From positions 1 through 26,388 of the forward strand of contig JBBSVW010000086.1 of assembly GCA_038046605.1 (NCBI GenBank): a DNA stretch of 26,388 nucleotides. Reading direction: 5' to 3'. The notes below the pieces were generated by a model that had not been told where the DNA came from, did not search any database, and worked only from the letters and a program-made list of their open reading frames with translations. Each line of letters opens with the position of its first letter. Within the stretch, counting starts at the first letter, position 1. The position numbers and the translations under genes are program-made. Source of the stretch: Candidatus Micrarchaeota archaeon. Lineage in GTDB: Archaea; Micrarchaeota; Micrarchaeia; Norongarragalinales; SBBD01. This document shows, piece after piece, positions 8,666-17,885 of the stretch.

Positions 8666-8822
8666 TAAGGGGGTAGTGGGCAAGCGTCTTGGGGGAAGTA
8701 TCCCCCGCTACCCTTGGAAGCATCCCCCTCCTAATTCGTAAATGAAATTAGGAAGGGTAAGGCAACCCGATAGGGAAACGTAGTTGCCCTTGGGGTTGGG
8801 GGATTATCCCCCTAGCGGTGTC
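8666..8822. other. Multi-hairpin intergenic element 1, ending CCCCCTAGCGGTGTC
   Basis: Stems GGGTAGTGGG/CCCGCTACCC, CAAG/CTTG, GGGGA/TCCCC, TCCTAATT/AATTAGGA, GGCAAC/GTTGCC and GGGGGA/TCCCCC. Confidence 0.75.
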
Positions 8823-8864
8823 GTGGAAGTCGACGCCAATCGGGGTATTATACGGAAGTTGTGA
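8823..8864 (+). repeat. Recoded duplicate of the 3' end of the PEP-domain gene (VEVDANRGIIRKL*)
   Basis: Aligns with 8607..8645: 13/13 identical amino acids, six nucleotide differences, all at third codon positions. Confidence 0.9.
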
Positions 8865-8915
8865 ATTGAAGCCATATGTTGCTAAATTTGGCAAAATATT
8901 TTTATCGAATGATTG

Positions 8916-9530
8916 TCATTGCTTGATTTTTATTGCCCCCTGCCTGACAATCTTTGGCGTTTTTCCCGTGCAATCAACTATTGTGCTTGGCGGGAAGGGA
9001 GGGATGTTGCCGCCATCAATTATGATATCCGCAACCTGCGCAAAATCCCTGATTGCAATTCCGGAGGAGTATATTTCCCCCGCGCCGGAAAGGTTGGCGC
9101 TGGTTGCAGTTATGGGCTTGTTGAAATTATAAGTGATTGCAATTATTGCGGGATGCGAGGAGATCCGGATCCCAATCGTTTTCCCTTTTGAAAGGTTATT
9201 GGCGAGTTTGAATGGAGTTTTCTTCTCAAGGATGAGGGTTAGGGGACCCGGAAGGTATTTTTTTGCAAGCCTTGAGGCAAGCGGGGTTAGTGCCGCGTAT
9301 TTTGATGCCATTTCCATATCAAATGCGAAAATGGATAGCGGTTTTGTAAAATCGCGCGCCTTTAGCCGGAATACTTTCTCAACTGCCTTGGGATTCGAGG
9401 CATCAGCAAGCATCCCATAGCTGGTTTCGGTTGGGGCAATTACTATTCCACCACCGGCAAGGGCATAGACACATTGCGAAAATGCGGTTTCATCTTCCAA
9501 ATTAAGGATTTTTGCGTGCATTTTTACCAT
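8916..9530 (-). CDS. tsaC: L-threonylcarbamoyladenylate synthase (TsaC/Sua5 YrdC domain)
   Basis: PTETSYG, K-x-R..KP, PGPLT, IGIRI, TATSANLSG and PSTIVD motifs. Start is ATG 9530 or 9521. Confidence 0.92.
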   Translation of the reverse strand: MVKMHAKILNLEDETAFSQCVYALAGGGIVIAPTETSYGMLADASNPKAVEKVFRLKARDFTKPLSIFAFDMEMASKYAALTPLASRLAKKYLPGPLTLILEKKTPFKLANNLSKGKTIGIRISSHPAIIAITYNFNKPITATSANLSGAGEIYSSGIAIRDFAQVADIIIDGGNIPPFPPSTIVDCTGKTPKIVRQGAIKIKQ

Positions 9531-9648
9531 CTTCGGACAATTTAGGCATCCCATTAGTGGGGGATCATCCTTAGGCAAAGAAAAAACAATTTTTGTCAGC
9601 AACCCCTTGCATCCGCCCCACTTATAGCCAATTAGTTGCACTTGCGGC

Positions 9649-10200
9649 TTAAAATAGCTCTCGCATCATGTCCGAAAGCGACTTGCGCATGCTTTCGTGC
9701 TTTTCCTCATGCCATTTGATGAACTCCTCTGCGAAGAGGATGGGGAGGAGGATGAGCGAATAGAAAAGCAATGCCACCCCCTGCGTTGTCACAAAATCGT
9801 ATTTTTCAATTGGCTGCGGGATAGGCAGGTCGGAAAACGAGTAGGCCGCATTCGTTAGGGGATAAAGCAGCCTGATATCGCCATAGAACATGTCCGCAAC
9901 CAGATGCCCGGTCAGCATTGCCAGCAAAACCAGGAAGAATTTTTGTGCCTCGATGCCGTAGGGCTTTTTGTTTCGTTCATAATGGTAGGCAAGGTAGAAT
10001 AGCAAAAGGGGCAGGAAAAATGCCACCCAAATGTTATGGAGGGGCTTGATATAGGACGGATCCCAGCCAAGGAAATGGTCGAAATCAATTGCAACGGCAA
10101 AGCTTGCGGCAAATATCACAAAGGGCAGCTTGTGCTTTTTGTGCAAATCAACCGCAAGGGCGGCAATTATTGAAAATATGAAGTGGAAGAGGGAATCCAT
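9649..10200 (-). CDS. Membrane-bound metal-dependent hydrolase-like protein
   Basis: MDSLFH.., IDFDH, LHN, GHLVAD and LLYP motifs. True start is likely ATG 10200; the longer ORF-track extension is antisense to nadM. Confidence 0.7.
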   Translation of the reverse strand: MDSLFHFIFSIIAALAVDLHKKHKLPFVIFAASFAVAIDFDHFLGWDPSYIKPLHNIWVAFFLPLLLFYLAYHYERNKKPYGIEAQKFFLVLLAMLTGHLVADMFYGDIRLLYPLTNAAYSFSDLPIPQPIEKYDFVTTQGVALLFYSLILLPILFAEEFIKWHEEKHESMRKSLSDMMRELF

Positions 10201-10318
10201 GGGAAATACCACATATTGCGGATTGGAATGGGGGCTCCCGAAGGGAAAACCCTTAAAATTCGCACGACAACATGTAATCCCGAGATGGTTTTTATTCATT
10301 TGCATCTTTAAGGTGTTC

Positions 10319-10855
10319 ATGGATAGCAAAACAATGGCGAGCGCAACGACGGATGCGAAGGATGGGAAAACCGCCCTTGTAATCGGACGGTTCCAGCCTT
10401 TCCATAGCGGGCATTTGGAAGCGGTGGAGGGGATCCTAAAAAGGCATTCGAGGCTGCTTCTTGCCATAGGCAGCGCGCAGGAGTCCCGCACCCCAAAAAA
10501 CCCTTTTTCTTCAAAGGAAAGGAAGGGGATGATTGCCGCTTGCCTAAAAAAACGGGGCATTTTGCCAAGGATAAAAATAATCCTGCTTGATGATGAAAAC
10601 CACCATGAGAGGTGGGTGAGGGGGGTTTTGCAAATCGCAAAGGATGCCGATGTTGTGTATTCCGGAAACTGGCTTGTGCAAAGATTGCTCGGGGGCAGGT
10701 ACGCGGTGCATACAATGAAATCGAGCGTAAAAATTTCAGCCTCGCAAATTAGGGAACTGATGAAAAAGGGGGATGAAAAATGGCAGCGATTTGTGCCCAA
10801 GGAAATTTCTGAATACATCCTCACGAAAGGGCTGGAGAAAATTTGGCCCTTTTGA
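10319..10855 (+). CDS. nadM: Nicotinamide-nucleotide adenylyltransferase (archaeal NMNAT)
   Basis: IGRFQPFHSGH, IGSAQES..NPF..ER, ISASQIR and W..VP motifs; AGGTG RBS before ATG 10319. Confidence 0.9.
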   Translation: MDSKTMASATTDAKDGKTALVIGRFQPFHSGHLEAVEGILKRHSRLLLAIGSAQESRTPKNPFSSKERKGMIAACLKKRGILPRIKIILLDDENHHERWVRGVLQIAKDADVVYSGNWLVQRLLGGRYAVHTMKSSVKISASQIRELMKKGDEKWQRFVPKEISEYILTKGLEKIWPF

Positions 10856-10983
10856 AATTGCCAATTATACCCAAATCAAGGGGCCGGACAATTTAGCATT
10901 GGGATTTAGGCGGAATCAGCTATCCAAATTACCTGCCTGAAAAATTTGGCGAAGGGAACCGCTGTTGAAATTACCAATATTTT

Positions 10984-11553
10984 TTAGGGCAATTGCTTCT
11001 TGAACCAATCCCCGAATTTCCTAACTGCAATTGCACGGTGTGAAAATTCGTTTTTTTGCGCTTTGCCCATCCTGCTAAGGCGAACCTTTTTCCCTTCCGG
11101 GATGAAGATTGCCTCATATGGAAGCTTGGGGTTTTGGAATTTTGGCGAATCCGGCGCATTTGTGATTTTGCCCCTGCAGATCCCCTGAAAAGTGCGCACG
11201 CTTTTCCCATCAAAGTATGCCACGATGGTTTTGAAATAAGCCCCCCGCTTTTTGCCCTTAAGAAGGGCCAAAATGCCCCCATACCCTATGGAGCGGAAAA
11301 CAAAGGAGGGGAAAACGCCGGGGAAACTCGGGTAGGCGGAAAAATATACTCCCGTGTCTTCCGCGATCACGGGCTTGTTGATTAGCATATGGGCGGTTTT
11401 CGCCTTCCCTATTGCCACCTGCCTTTGGTCCTCCGAACGGATTTCGGATAGGTCGGCTTTGAGGGCAATTGCCTTTATCCCCATCCGGGCCAGAATTTGT
11501 GAAACCTCAAGTATTTTTTCGGGATTGGAAGATGCGAAATGGATTGTTTTCAT
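10984..11553 (-). CDS. rdgB: Non-canonical purine NTP pyrophosphatase (RdgB/HAM1)
   Basis: FASSNPEK, AEDTG, FPG, IFIP and SHR motifs. Confidence 0.92.
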   Translation of the reverse strand: MKTIHFASSNPEKILEVSQILARMGIKAIALKADLSEIRSEDQRQVAIGKAKTAHMLINKPVIAEDTGVYFSAYPSFPGVFPSFVFRSIGYGGILALLKGKKRGAYFKTIVAYFDGKSVRTFQGICRGKITNAPDSPKFQNPKLPYEAIFIPEGKKVRLSRMGKAQKNEFSHRAIAVRKFGDWFKKQLP

Positions 11554-11649
11554 TTTGACGTGCCTCAAAGTGCCAAATGGTTATTGGCGCAACATTCCAG
11601 CAAACTAATCACTTGCTCAATTGCCCCCCCCTAGTTTATTCAAAACGCC

Positions 11650-14412
11650 CTAGCTGCCGCTTACATCCAGTGTACCCCTCCGTTTTGCGACATATTTTAT
11701 GATCTCCTCAACGACCAGTATGGAAGAACTTATGATGATGATGGAGGCCCATTCCAATCCCGAAAGGGGGACCGTCTTGAAAATCTGCTCAAGCGCGCCG
11801 GTTTGCACAATCAGGAATTGTGAAATAAACCCAACCAGCATTGCGCCAATTAAGTACCGATTATTGAATACGCCAATCTTAAGCAGGGGATCGTGATCAG
11901 CATGCCAGCTTAGGGCGATGAATAGCTGGAAGAAAACAAGGAGGCTAAAGGCAGCTGTCCGCGCTTTTTCCAAATTATCCGTTTCCATTTGGTACCAGAA
12001 CATCCCAAGGGTCACGATCGTTATGAATACTCCGATGAAAATCAGCTTTTCCAACGCATTCCGGGTAAGGACTGGCTTCTTGGGATCCCTTGGCTTCCTT
12101 CTCATGATCCCCTCAGCTTTGGTATCCATCGCAAGCGCAAGCGCGGGCAAGGAATCCGTCGCCAAATTCATCCACAGGATTTGTATTGGGAGGAGGGGCG
12201 AATCCCAGCCAACCATAATGGCTATGAAAATTATGAGCACTTCGCCAATGTTGCATGAGATTAGGTATTTTACCGATTTAAGTATGTTGTCAAAAATTAT
12301 GCGGCCTTCCTCTACGGCAGCAACAATCGAGGCAAAATTGTCATCCACAAGAACCATGTCCGCGCTCTCCTTTGCAACATCAGTGCCGGATATGCCCATT
12401 GCAACCCCAATATCGGATTTTTTTATTGCAGGCGCATCATTCACCCCATCCCCGGTCATTGCAACGATTTCGCCCTTTGCCTGCAGGGCGGAGACGATTT
12501 TCAGCTTGTGCTCGGGTGAAACCCGTGCATAAACGGATATCTCCTCGACTATTTTTTCAAATTCCTCATCTGGCATCCCTTCAAGCTCCCTTCCAGTCAT
12601 GACCTTGTTTTTGCCCTCCTCATAAATGCCCAATTCCTTGGCTATGGACCTTGCAGTAAGCTCGTTATCACCGGTGATCATTATTGTTTTGATCCCCGCC
12701 TGCTTGCAGATTGCTATTGCATCCTTTGCCTCCTGCCTTGGCGGGTCCATCATGGCTATTAGCCCAAGGAACACGAGCTGTAATTCCACCTCCCCAATTG
12801 AAAAATCCTTGCGCTTTTTGGTTTTGAGTATGCGCATTGCAAATCCAAGGACGCGAAGGCCCCTGGATGCATATTCCGCATTTTTATTCAAATAGAGCTG
12901 TTTTGAAAGGGCGTCCATTTTTACCGGGCATCCATCCTTCATAACCTGGGTTGATTTTTCAAGGATGAATTCAGGCGCCCCCTTCGAATATGCAACAAGC
13001 CCTGCTTCCTCCTCATCATAAATTACACTCATCATCTTCCTTGCAGAATCAAATGTGAGTTCCTCGATCTTTTTACGCCTCTTCTTTTCGGTTAGGTAAT
13101 CAAGCCCCGCCTTTTTCCCCGCCACAAGAAGGCACGCCTCAGTTGGGTCGCCAATTATCGATACTGTTTTGCCTAAGGAATTTAGGGAGGCATTATTGCA
13201 AAGGAGGGCGCAATGCATAAGCTCCTGGAAGTTTTGTTCATATTGGGCATCGATATTCAATCCGCTTTCGGCAATGATTTCGCCATTTAGCTCGAAACCT
13301 CCGCCTGTTACCGAATATGACTTGTTGTTTGTGAATATGCCACGGACGGTCATTTCATTGCGCGTAAGCGTTCCGGTCTTATCCGAGCATATGACCGTTG
13401 CAGAGCCAAGCCCTTCGGCAGCTGGAAGGCGCCTAATTATGGAGTTTCGCCTCGCCATTCGCTGAACGCCAATTGCTAGGGAAATTGTAACAACAGCTGG
13501 GAGCCCCTCAGGAATTGCTGCAACTGCAAGGCTTACGGCAATCAGGAAAAGTTCGAGTATTTTATCAAAATTTAGGCCGGCACTCAAATATGCGCGGGCA
13601 ATGCCGACAACGAACACAAGCGCCACTGCCCCAATTGCAATTTTCCCAAGCTGCTTGCCTAAAGCCTCCAATTTCTCCTGCAGGGGCGTTTGCTCATCCT
13701 CAATTGTCTGCACCAGATCAGCAATTTTGCCTATTTGCGTTTGCGCACCGGTAAAGCAGACTACCGCCCGCGCCTCCCCCTTGGTGACAAGGGTGCTCAT
13801 GAAAACCATGTTGCGCCAATCGTTCACAACTGATTTTTCGGAAATGATCAGGTCGGCTTTTTTGGAGGCAGGCTCGCTTTCGCCAGTTAGGCTTGCCTCC
13901 TCAATTTCTAGATTGTGGGATTCGAGAAGCCTGGCATCAGCTGGGACTTTGTCCCCTTCATGGAGGATAATGATATCTCCAGGGACAAGGTCTGCAGTAG
14001 GAATTTCCGATTCGATACCCATCCGGAGCACTTTTGCTTTGGGGGTGACCATTTTGCGAAGCGCTTCGATTGCCTTGCCGGCCTTATGCTCCTGATAAAC
14101 CCCGATGATGGCGTTTATCACTACGATTGCAATGATCGCAATCGAGTCAATGTACTCTGGCTCTGGCGAAAAATATGAGGCGATTGCGGAGATTATGGAT
14201 GCCGCAATCAGTAGGAGGATTACAAAATCCTTGAATTCGCCAATGAACATTTCAAGGATTGTTTTCTTCTTGCGTTCCTTTAGGGTGTTGGGGCCATATT
14301 TCAATAGGCGCAGCGAGGAATCGGATGCGCTTAGGCCCTCCCTTGTGGCATTTAGCCCCTTTAGCGCCTCTTCAACTGTAAGGGATTGGAAACCAGCGGC
14401 AGTTTGGGGCAT
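11650..14412 (-). CDS. Cation-transporting P-type ATPase, P2A (Ca2+) type
   Basis: TGES, IPEGLP, DKTGTLT, KGAPE, TGDN, GDGVNDAP and QILWMNLATD motifs. Confidence 0.95.
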   Translation of the reverse strand: MPQTAAGFQSLTVEEALKGLNATREGLSASDSSLRLLKYGPNTLKERKKKTILEMFIGEFKDFVILLLIAASIISAIASYFSPEPEYIDSIAIIAIVVINAIIGVYQEHKAGKAIEALRKMVTPKAKVLRMGIESEIPTADLVPGDIIILHEGDKVPADARLLESHNLEIEEASLTGESEPASKKADLIISEKSVVNDWRNMVFMSTLVTKGEARAVVCFTGAQTQIGKIADLVQTIEDEQTPLQEKLEALGKQLGKIAIGAVALVFVVGIARAYLSAGLNFDKILELFLIAVSLAVAAIPEGLPAVVTISLAIGVQRMARRNSIIRRLPAAEGLGSATVICSDKTGTLTRNEMTVRGIFTNNKSYSVTGGGFELNGEIIAESGLNIDAQYEQNFQELMHCALLCNNASLNSLGKTVSIIGDPTEACLLVAGKKAGLDYLTEKKRRKKIEELTFDSARKMMSVIYDEEEAGLVAYSKGAPEFILEKSTQVMKDGCPVKMDALSKQLYLNKNAEYASRGLRVLGFAMRILKTKKRKDFSIGEVELQLVFLGLIAMMDPPRQEAKDAIAICKQAGIKTIMITGDNELTARSIAKELGIYEEGKNKVMTGRELEGMPDEEFEKIVEEISVYARVSPEHKLKIVSALQAKGEIVAMTGDGVNDAPAIKKSDIGVAMGISGTDVAKESADMVLVDDNFASIVAAVEEGRIIFDNILKSVKYLISCNIGEVLIIFIAIMVGWDSPLLPIQILWMNLATDSLPALALAMDTKAEGIMRRKPRDPKKPVLTRNALEKLIFIGVFITIVTLGMFWYQMETDNLEKARTAAFSLLVFFQLFIALSWHADHDPLLKIGVFNNRYLIGAMLVGFISQFLIVQTGALEQIFKTVPLSGLEWASIIIISSSILVVEEIIKYVAKRRGTLDVSGS

Positions 14413-14518
14413 TCTTATCGGAACCAGTAAGGGAAAAAGGGTATTTATGAGTTTCCATGGAACAAATGCGGAATGATGAACAGCGTATGTGCAAACATAT
14501 ATCGGAAACGAAATTTGA

Positions 14519-15457
14519 TCAAACAGTTTTAACCGGGTTCATTTTAAGCTCTTGGCGTGATTTCCAGAAAAAGTACCCAATGATTGCAATCGTTGCAACA
14601 GGTGAAACCCAGGCGGGGATGTGGGCGCCAAAAGCGTCCATGATCATGACGGCCCCCAGGATGAAAATCGCGTACATGGCGCCGTTTTTCAGGTATTTGT
14701 ACTTCTTCACGTTTTCGACGTTGCGGATGGTCATTTCCCGAACGACGAAAGCGCCGATGCCATTGCCAATGAGGATTAGGGGGACGGATAAGGTGAATGC
14801 AAATGCGCCAATTACCCCATCAATTGAAAACGAGGCATCTATCACCTCCAAATAGAGGATTTTGCTCCAGTCACTCATCTTTCCGGAGCCATCCAGCATC
14901 TCCCTTTCCTTAAGCTCGGCGTTTTGCCTAAAGCCATGGGTGATGAAAAAAGCGGTGGAGCCAACGACTGCGGAAAAGGCCATCAGGGGATTTACCTGCA
15001 ACGAATACCAGGTGACAACCGCAAGAAAGATGGAAACAACCGCGTAAAACCAAACGCCGTATTTTTCAAATGCCACTTCCCCCTTCAAGCCGTAATTTTT
15101 CTTCTCCATGAATAGCCAATGGAAGAACAGGAAAATAAGGAAAACCCCACCGCCAACGAGGAGGATTGGCGCGGAGGCCTCGATGGATTTTGCAACCGCC
15201 GGATCGGCGCTAAACATGGCCGTGAATGCGCCTTCAATCCCAAGGGTAGGGTTTGATAAAAATATTATTGCAAGAGGAAGCAGGCCGCGCATCAGGAATA
15301 CCGCAATTAGAAGCCCCCAGAAAAGGAACCACCTTCTTGCCCATGGCGACATCTTGCGCAAAATCTCCGCATTGATGACGGCATTGTCGAAGCTGCTGAC
15401 GGATTCGAATAGGATTAAGCCTACGATAGTTAGAAGTGCGGGGAATAGGTCGAACAT
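14519..15457 (-). CDS. DUF475 / TerC-like integral membrane protein
   Basis: FESVSSFDNAVINA and LYLEVIDASFSIDGVIGAFA motifs; ATG at 15457. Confidence 0.85.
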   Translation of the reverse strand: MFDLFPALLTIVGLILFESVSSFDNAVINAEILRKMSPWARRWFLFWGLLIAVFLMRGLLPLAIIFLSNPTLGIEGAFTAMFSADPAVAKSIEASAPILLVGGGVFLIFLFFHWLFMEKKNYGLKGEVAFEKYGVWFYAVVSIFLAVVTWYSLQVNPLMAFSAVVGSTAFFITHGFRQNAELKEREMLDGSGKMSDWSKILYLEVIDASFSIDGVIGAFAFTLSVPLILIGNGIGAFVVREMTIRNVENVKKYKYLKNGAMYAIFILGAVMIMDAFGAHIPAWVSPVATIAIIGYFFWKSRQELKMNPVKTV

Positions 15458-15648
15458 AATTGCGCATACCGGTTGGTAAATATACGTGAGAAATAGGGAA
15501 GGGGGGATTTTTAATGTGTTTGCCTGCAATCAATGAAAAAAAGTAGTTCGATCATCATTCGCCGGGATTGCATGGAGCCCCCCCATTGCCAATATGGCGG
15601 CAATGATGCCCACTTTTTCACGATTTTAATATTTTTCTATTTATCAAA

Positions 15649-16200
15649 TTAATGGGCGCGGGCATTGCGCTCCCGTTCAATATCCCGCAATAACCTATCG
15701 GAACTCCCAGGATGGATATTGTCAAGAAGGGCCGTAATCTCCCGATTGCTCCTCCTATCGATTGGATTTTCCTTATCCAGGCCCATTAGCGCCCTTCTGG
15801 CAAAATTCTGGACCCTAATTTCGCGCTCGACGCGGAAATTCAACGAATCCTCAAGCATTACCCGCCCTGCCCTTCCTATTATCCCCTCCAATTTCTTACG
15901 TATTGTTTCAATTTCAGCATTGGGGCCCCTTTGCGCATCAAATCTAAATCTTTGGGCATGCGCGTATTGGATATGCGCCAAATCGCGCGCGAGATAACTT
16001 TTCAGCAAATCCAATTTGTACCCGATAACTGCAGTGCGCGCTTTTTCCAACTTTTTCAGGGTATCTTTAGAGGACGTTTTTATTATGGAAGCCGGAAGGA
16101 ACTCCAAATCCAGCCTTAAATACCGCTCAACATGCCTCTTGCGCAAGCCCGGAAGAAATGCAAAAACATCGGTTAGCCTGTTTGGCATGCGCATTATCAC
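15649..16200 (-). CDS. Hypothetical basic helical protein
   Basis: 183 aa ORF filling an intergenic gap; AGGTG near the start; exact start uncertain. Confidence 0.6.
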   Translation of the reverse strand: MIMRMPNRLTDVFAFLPGLRKRHVERYLRLDLEFLPASIIKTSSKDTLKKLEKARTAVIGYKLDLLKSYLARDLAHIQYAHAQRFRFDAQRGPNAEIETIRKKLEGIIGRAGRVMLEDSLNFRVEREIRVQNFARRALMGLDKENPIDRRSNREITALLDNIHPGSSDRLLRDIERERNARAH

Positions 16201-16318
16201 CTAAAAAAGCAAGTGCTTATGCTTAAGCATGCTTAATAATAATTATGTAAAATTAGAAATGGGGCGTTTAACCGCTGCCTGCCTGGAATTTCCCTGCGAG
16301 GCTTTCAACGCCTATTGC

Positions 16319-16840
16319 CTATCGCTTCCTTCCCTTAGACTTGCCCGCCTTGGCTTCTTTTGCCTCCTTTCCTTTGGGCTTCCTTCCAAGCTTGCTTGAA
16401 AATCCCGTCCGGATTCCGCTTGAGGCGATTTTCCTTTGTGAATTTGAGCGCATTGGCCTAAGTTTCACCGGCCCAACCTCATCAGAATCGCCCCTCTCCC
16501 GTTTTCCATTGGAAATAAGCGAAAAATTCATCTTTTCCATCTGCGCAAACTTTTTGCGGTCCTCGATGTCTGTTTTCAACTGCTTTATCCTTGCGCGCTT
16601 TATTGCAATTGCCTCCTCAACATCCTCAACGCCTAAAGAGTAGACTAGGTAATTTGAAAAGCGGATGGGATTAACACCAACTTGAGTCTTGACGTGCTTG
16701 AGATCCTCAGGAGAGGCGGTTTTTAGGACAACGGTTGAATTGCACTCCTCACAAGGCTTGTATTTCATGGAAGCTTCCCAAACCTGCTTTGCGTTGCAGC
16801 CGCCGCAATTGACAATGAATAACTTGACAGTCTCGTTCAT
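16319..16840 (-). CDS. Hypothetical protein with N-terminal zinc ribbon and Lys/Arg-rich tail
   Basis: CGGC...CEEC, central coiled segment and basic C-terminus; GAGGTG RBS. Confidence 0.75.
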   Translation of the reverse strand: MNETVKLFIVNCGGCNAKQVWEASMKYKPCEECNSTVVLKTASPEDLKHVKTQVGVNPIRFSNYLVYSLGVEDVEEAIAIKRARIKQLKTDIEDRKKFAQMEKMNFSLISNGKRERGDSDEVGPVKLRPMRSNSQRKIASSGIRTGFSSKLGRKPKGKEAKEAKAGKSKGRKR

Positions 16841-17173
16841 GATCCCACCTCAAGCATACCCCACAATAGTGTTATAGAACCCCCATGTCACCACTGTGCA
16901 GCAGTATATTATGGTATAACCAATATAAATACCTTGCTAAAATTTGCCCCAATAAGGGCATAAAATGCATTAATACGAAAAGGACAAATTGGGAAAAAAG
17001 GTGAATTAGCCCGGAAAAATGTTGCCCGGCGATTTAATCCGTTTTTTCACGATAAATAGTTACGCTTTACCCCTAAATATCCTAGGGGTTTAACTTAAAG
17101 CTCGCATTTAAAAGATTTAAGGGCTTGAACTTTGGAAGAGTGGCAAAATTAGTTTGATGAGGCGATTAATTGC

Positions 17174-17785
17174 ATGAAAGCGTACCTGCTAATGGTTTTT
17201 GCTGCGTTCCTGCTTTTTGGATGCACAAGCAATAATCCTTCCCCTTCAGCCTTGCCATCAACCCAATTGGTAGATACGCTTCCTCCCATTTCAACGATTA
17301 CTACAAATCCTGGTGATAAAATGGCGGTAGCAAAAGGGGATACGGTTTTCGTTTGGTATTTGGGAATTTTGGATGATGGCACAACCTTTGACACAAACAT
17401 TGTGGCAGAAGCAAAGAAAGCAGGTACTTTTGATGCGGGAAGGCCCTATGAGACCCTTGATTTCCAGGTGGGCGCTGGCCAGATGATAAAAGGATTTGAT
17501 GCGGGAGTTGTAGGCATGAAGGAAGGGGAGACCAAAACCGTCAAGATGGCAGCCAAGGACGCATATGGGGAACTAAGGGCGGATCTAATCCAAGTAGTTC
17601 CACTAGCTGATTTAAAGAAAGCTGGAATTAATGCCTCAGAAGGGCAGATCATTGGCACGAGCACTGGCGCAAGGGGGGTAATCCGGAAAGTTGATTCGCA
17701 GAACGCAACAATTGATTTCAACCACTTCCTTGCCGGGCAGGCCTTGACGTTCAAGATTACTGTTGAAAAAATAACTAAAGCCTAG
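17174..17785 (+). CDS. FKBP-type peptidyl-prolyl isomerase (SlyD-like, IF domain) with lipoprotein-like leader
   Basis: GDTV..Y.G.LDDGTTFDT, VGAGQMIKGFD, DAYG and IDFNHFLAGQALTF motifs; LLFGC leader. Confidence 0.92.
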   Translation: MKAYLLMVFAAFLLFGCTSNNPSPSALPSTQLVDTLPPISTITTNPGDKMAVAKGDTVFVWYLGILDDGTTFDTNIVAEAKKAGTFDAGRPYETLDFQVGAGQMIKGFDAGVVGMKEGETKTVKMAAKDAYGELRADLIQVVPLADLKKAGINASEGQIIGTSTGARGVIRKVDSQNATIDFNHFLAGQALTFKITVEKITKA

Positions 17786-17885
17786 GGGGGGATAGAAGCG
17801 ACATACCAAAGACGGAGTCTTTGTATGTTAGTAGACCTTAAAGGTCTACGTAACACGAGTAAGGGGGTCTCCCCCTTAGTGTGTC
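17786..17885. other. Multi-hairpin intergenic element 2, ending CCCCCTTAGTGTGTC
   Basis: Hairpins ACATAC-C-AAAGAC/GTCTTT-GTATGT (17801-17828), GTAGACCT/AGGTCTAC (17831-17849) and TAAGGGGG/CCCCCTTA (17860-17878). Confidence 0.75.

Noticed and set aside
10201-10824. Long minus-strand extension giving a 391-aa ORF
   Set aside because: Largely antisense to nadM; hydrolase motifs start at ATG 10200.
16208-16235. Overlapping AAGCA/TGCTT palindromes upstream of 15649..16200
   Set aside because: A possible operator, but short, single-copy and unsupported by other evidence.
16261-16314. GGCGTT...AACGCC stem as a tRNA fragment or SECIS element
   Set aside because: No cloverleaf or T-loop, and no in-frame UGA gene nearby; more likely a terminator-type hairpin. 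A 12-nt match to the 2044 hairpin may be chance.
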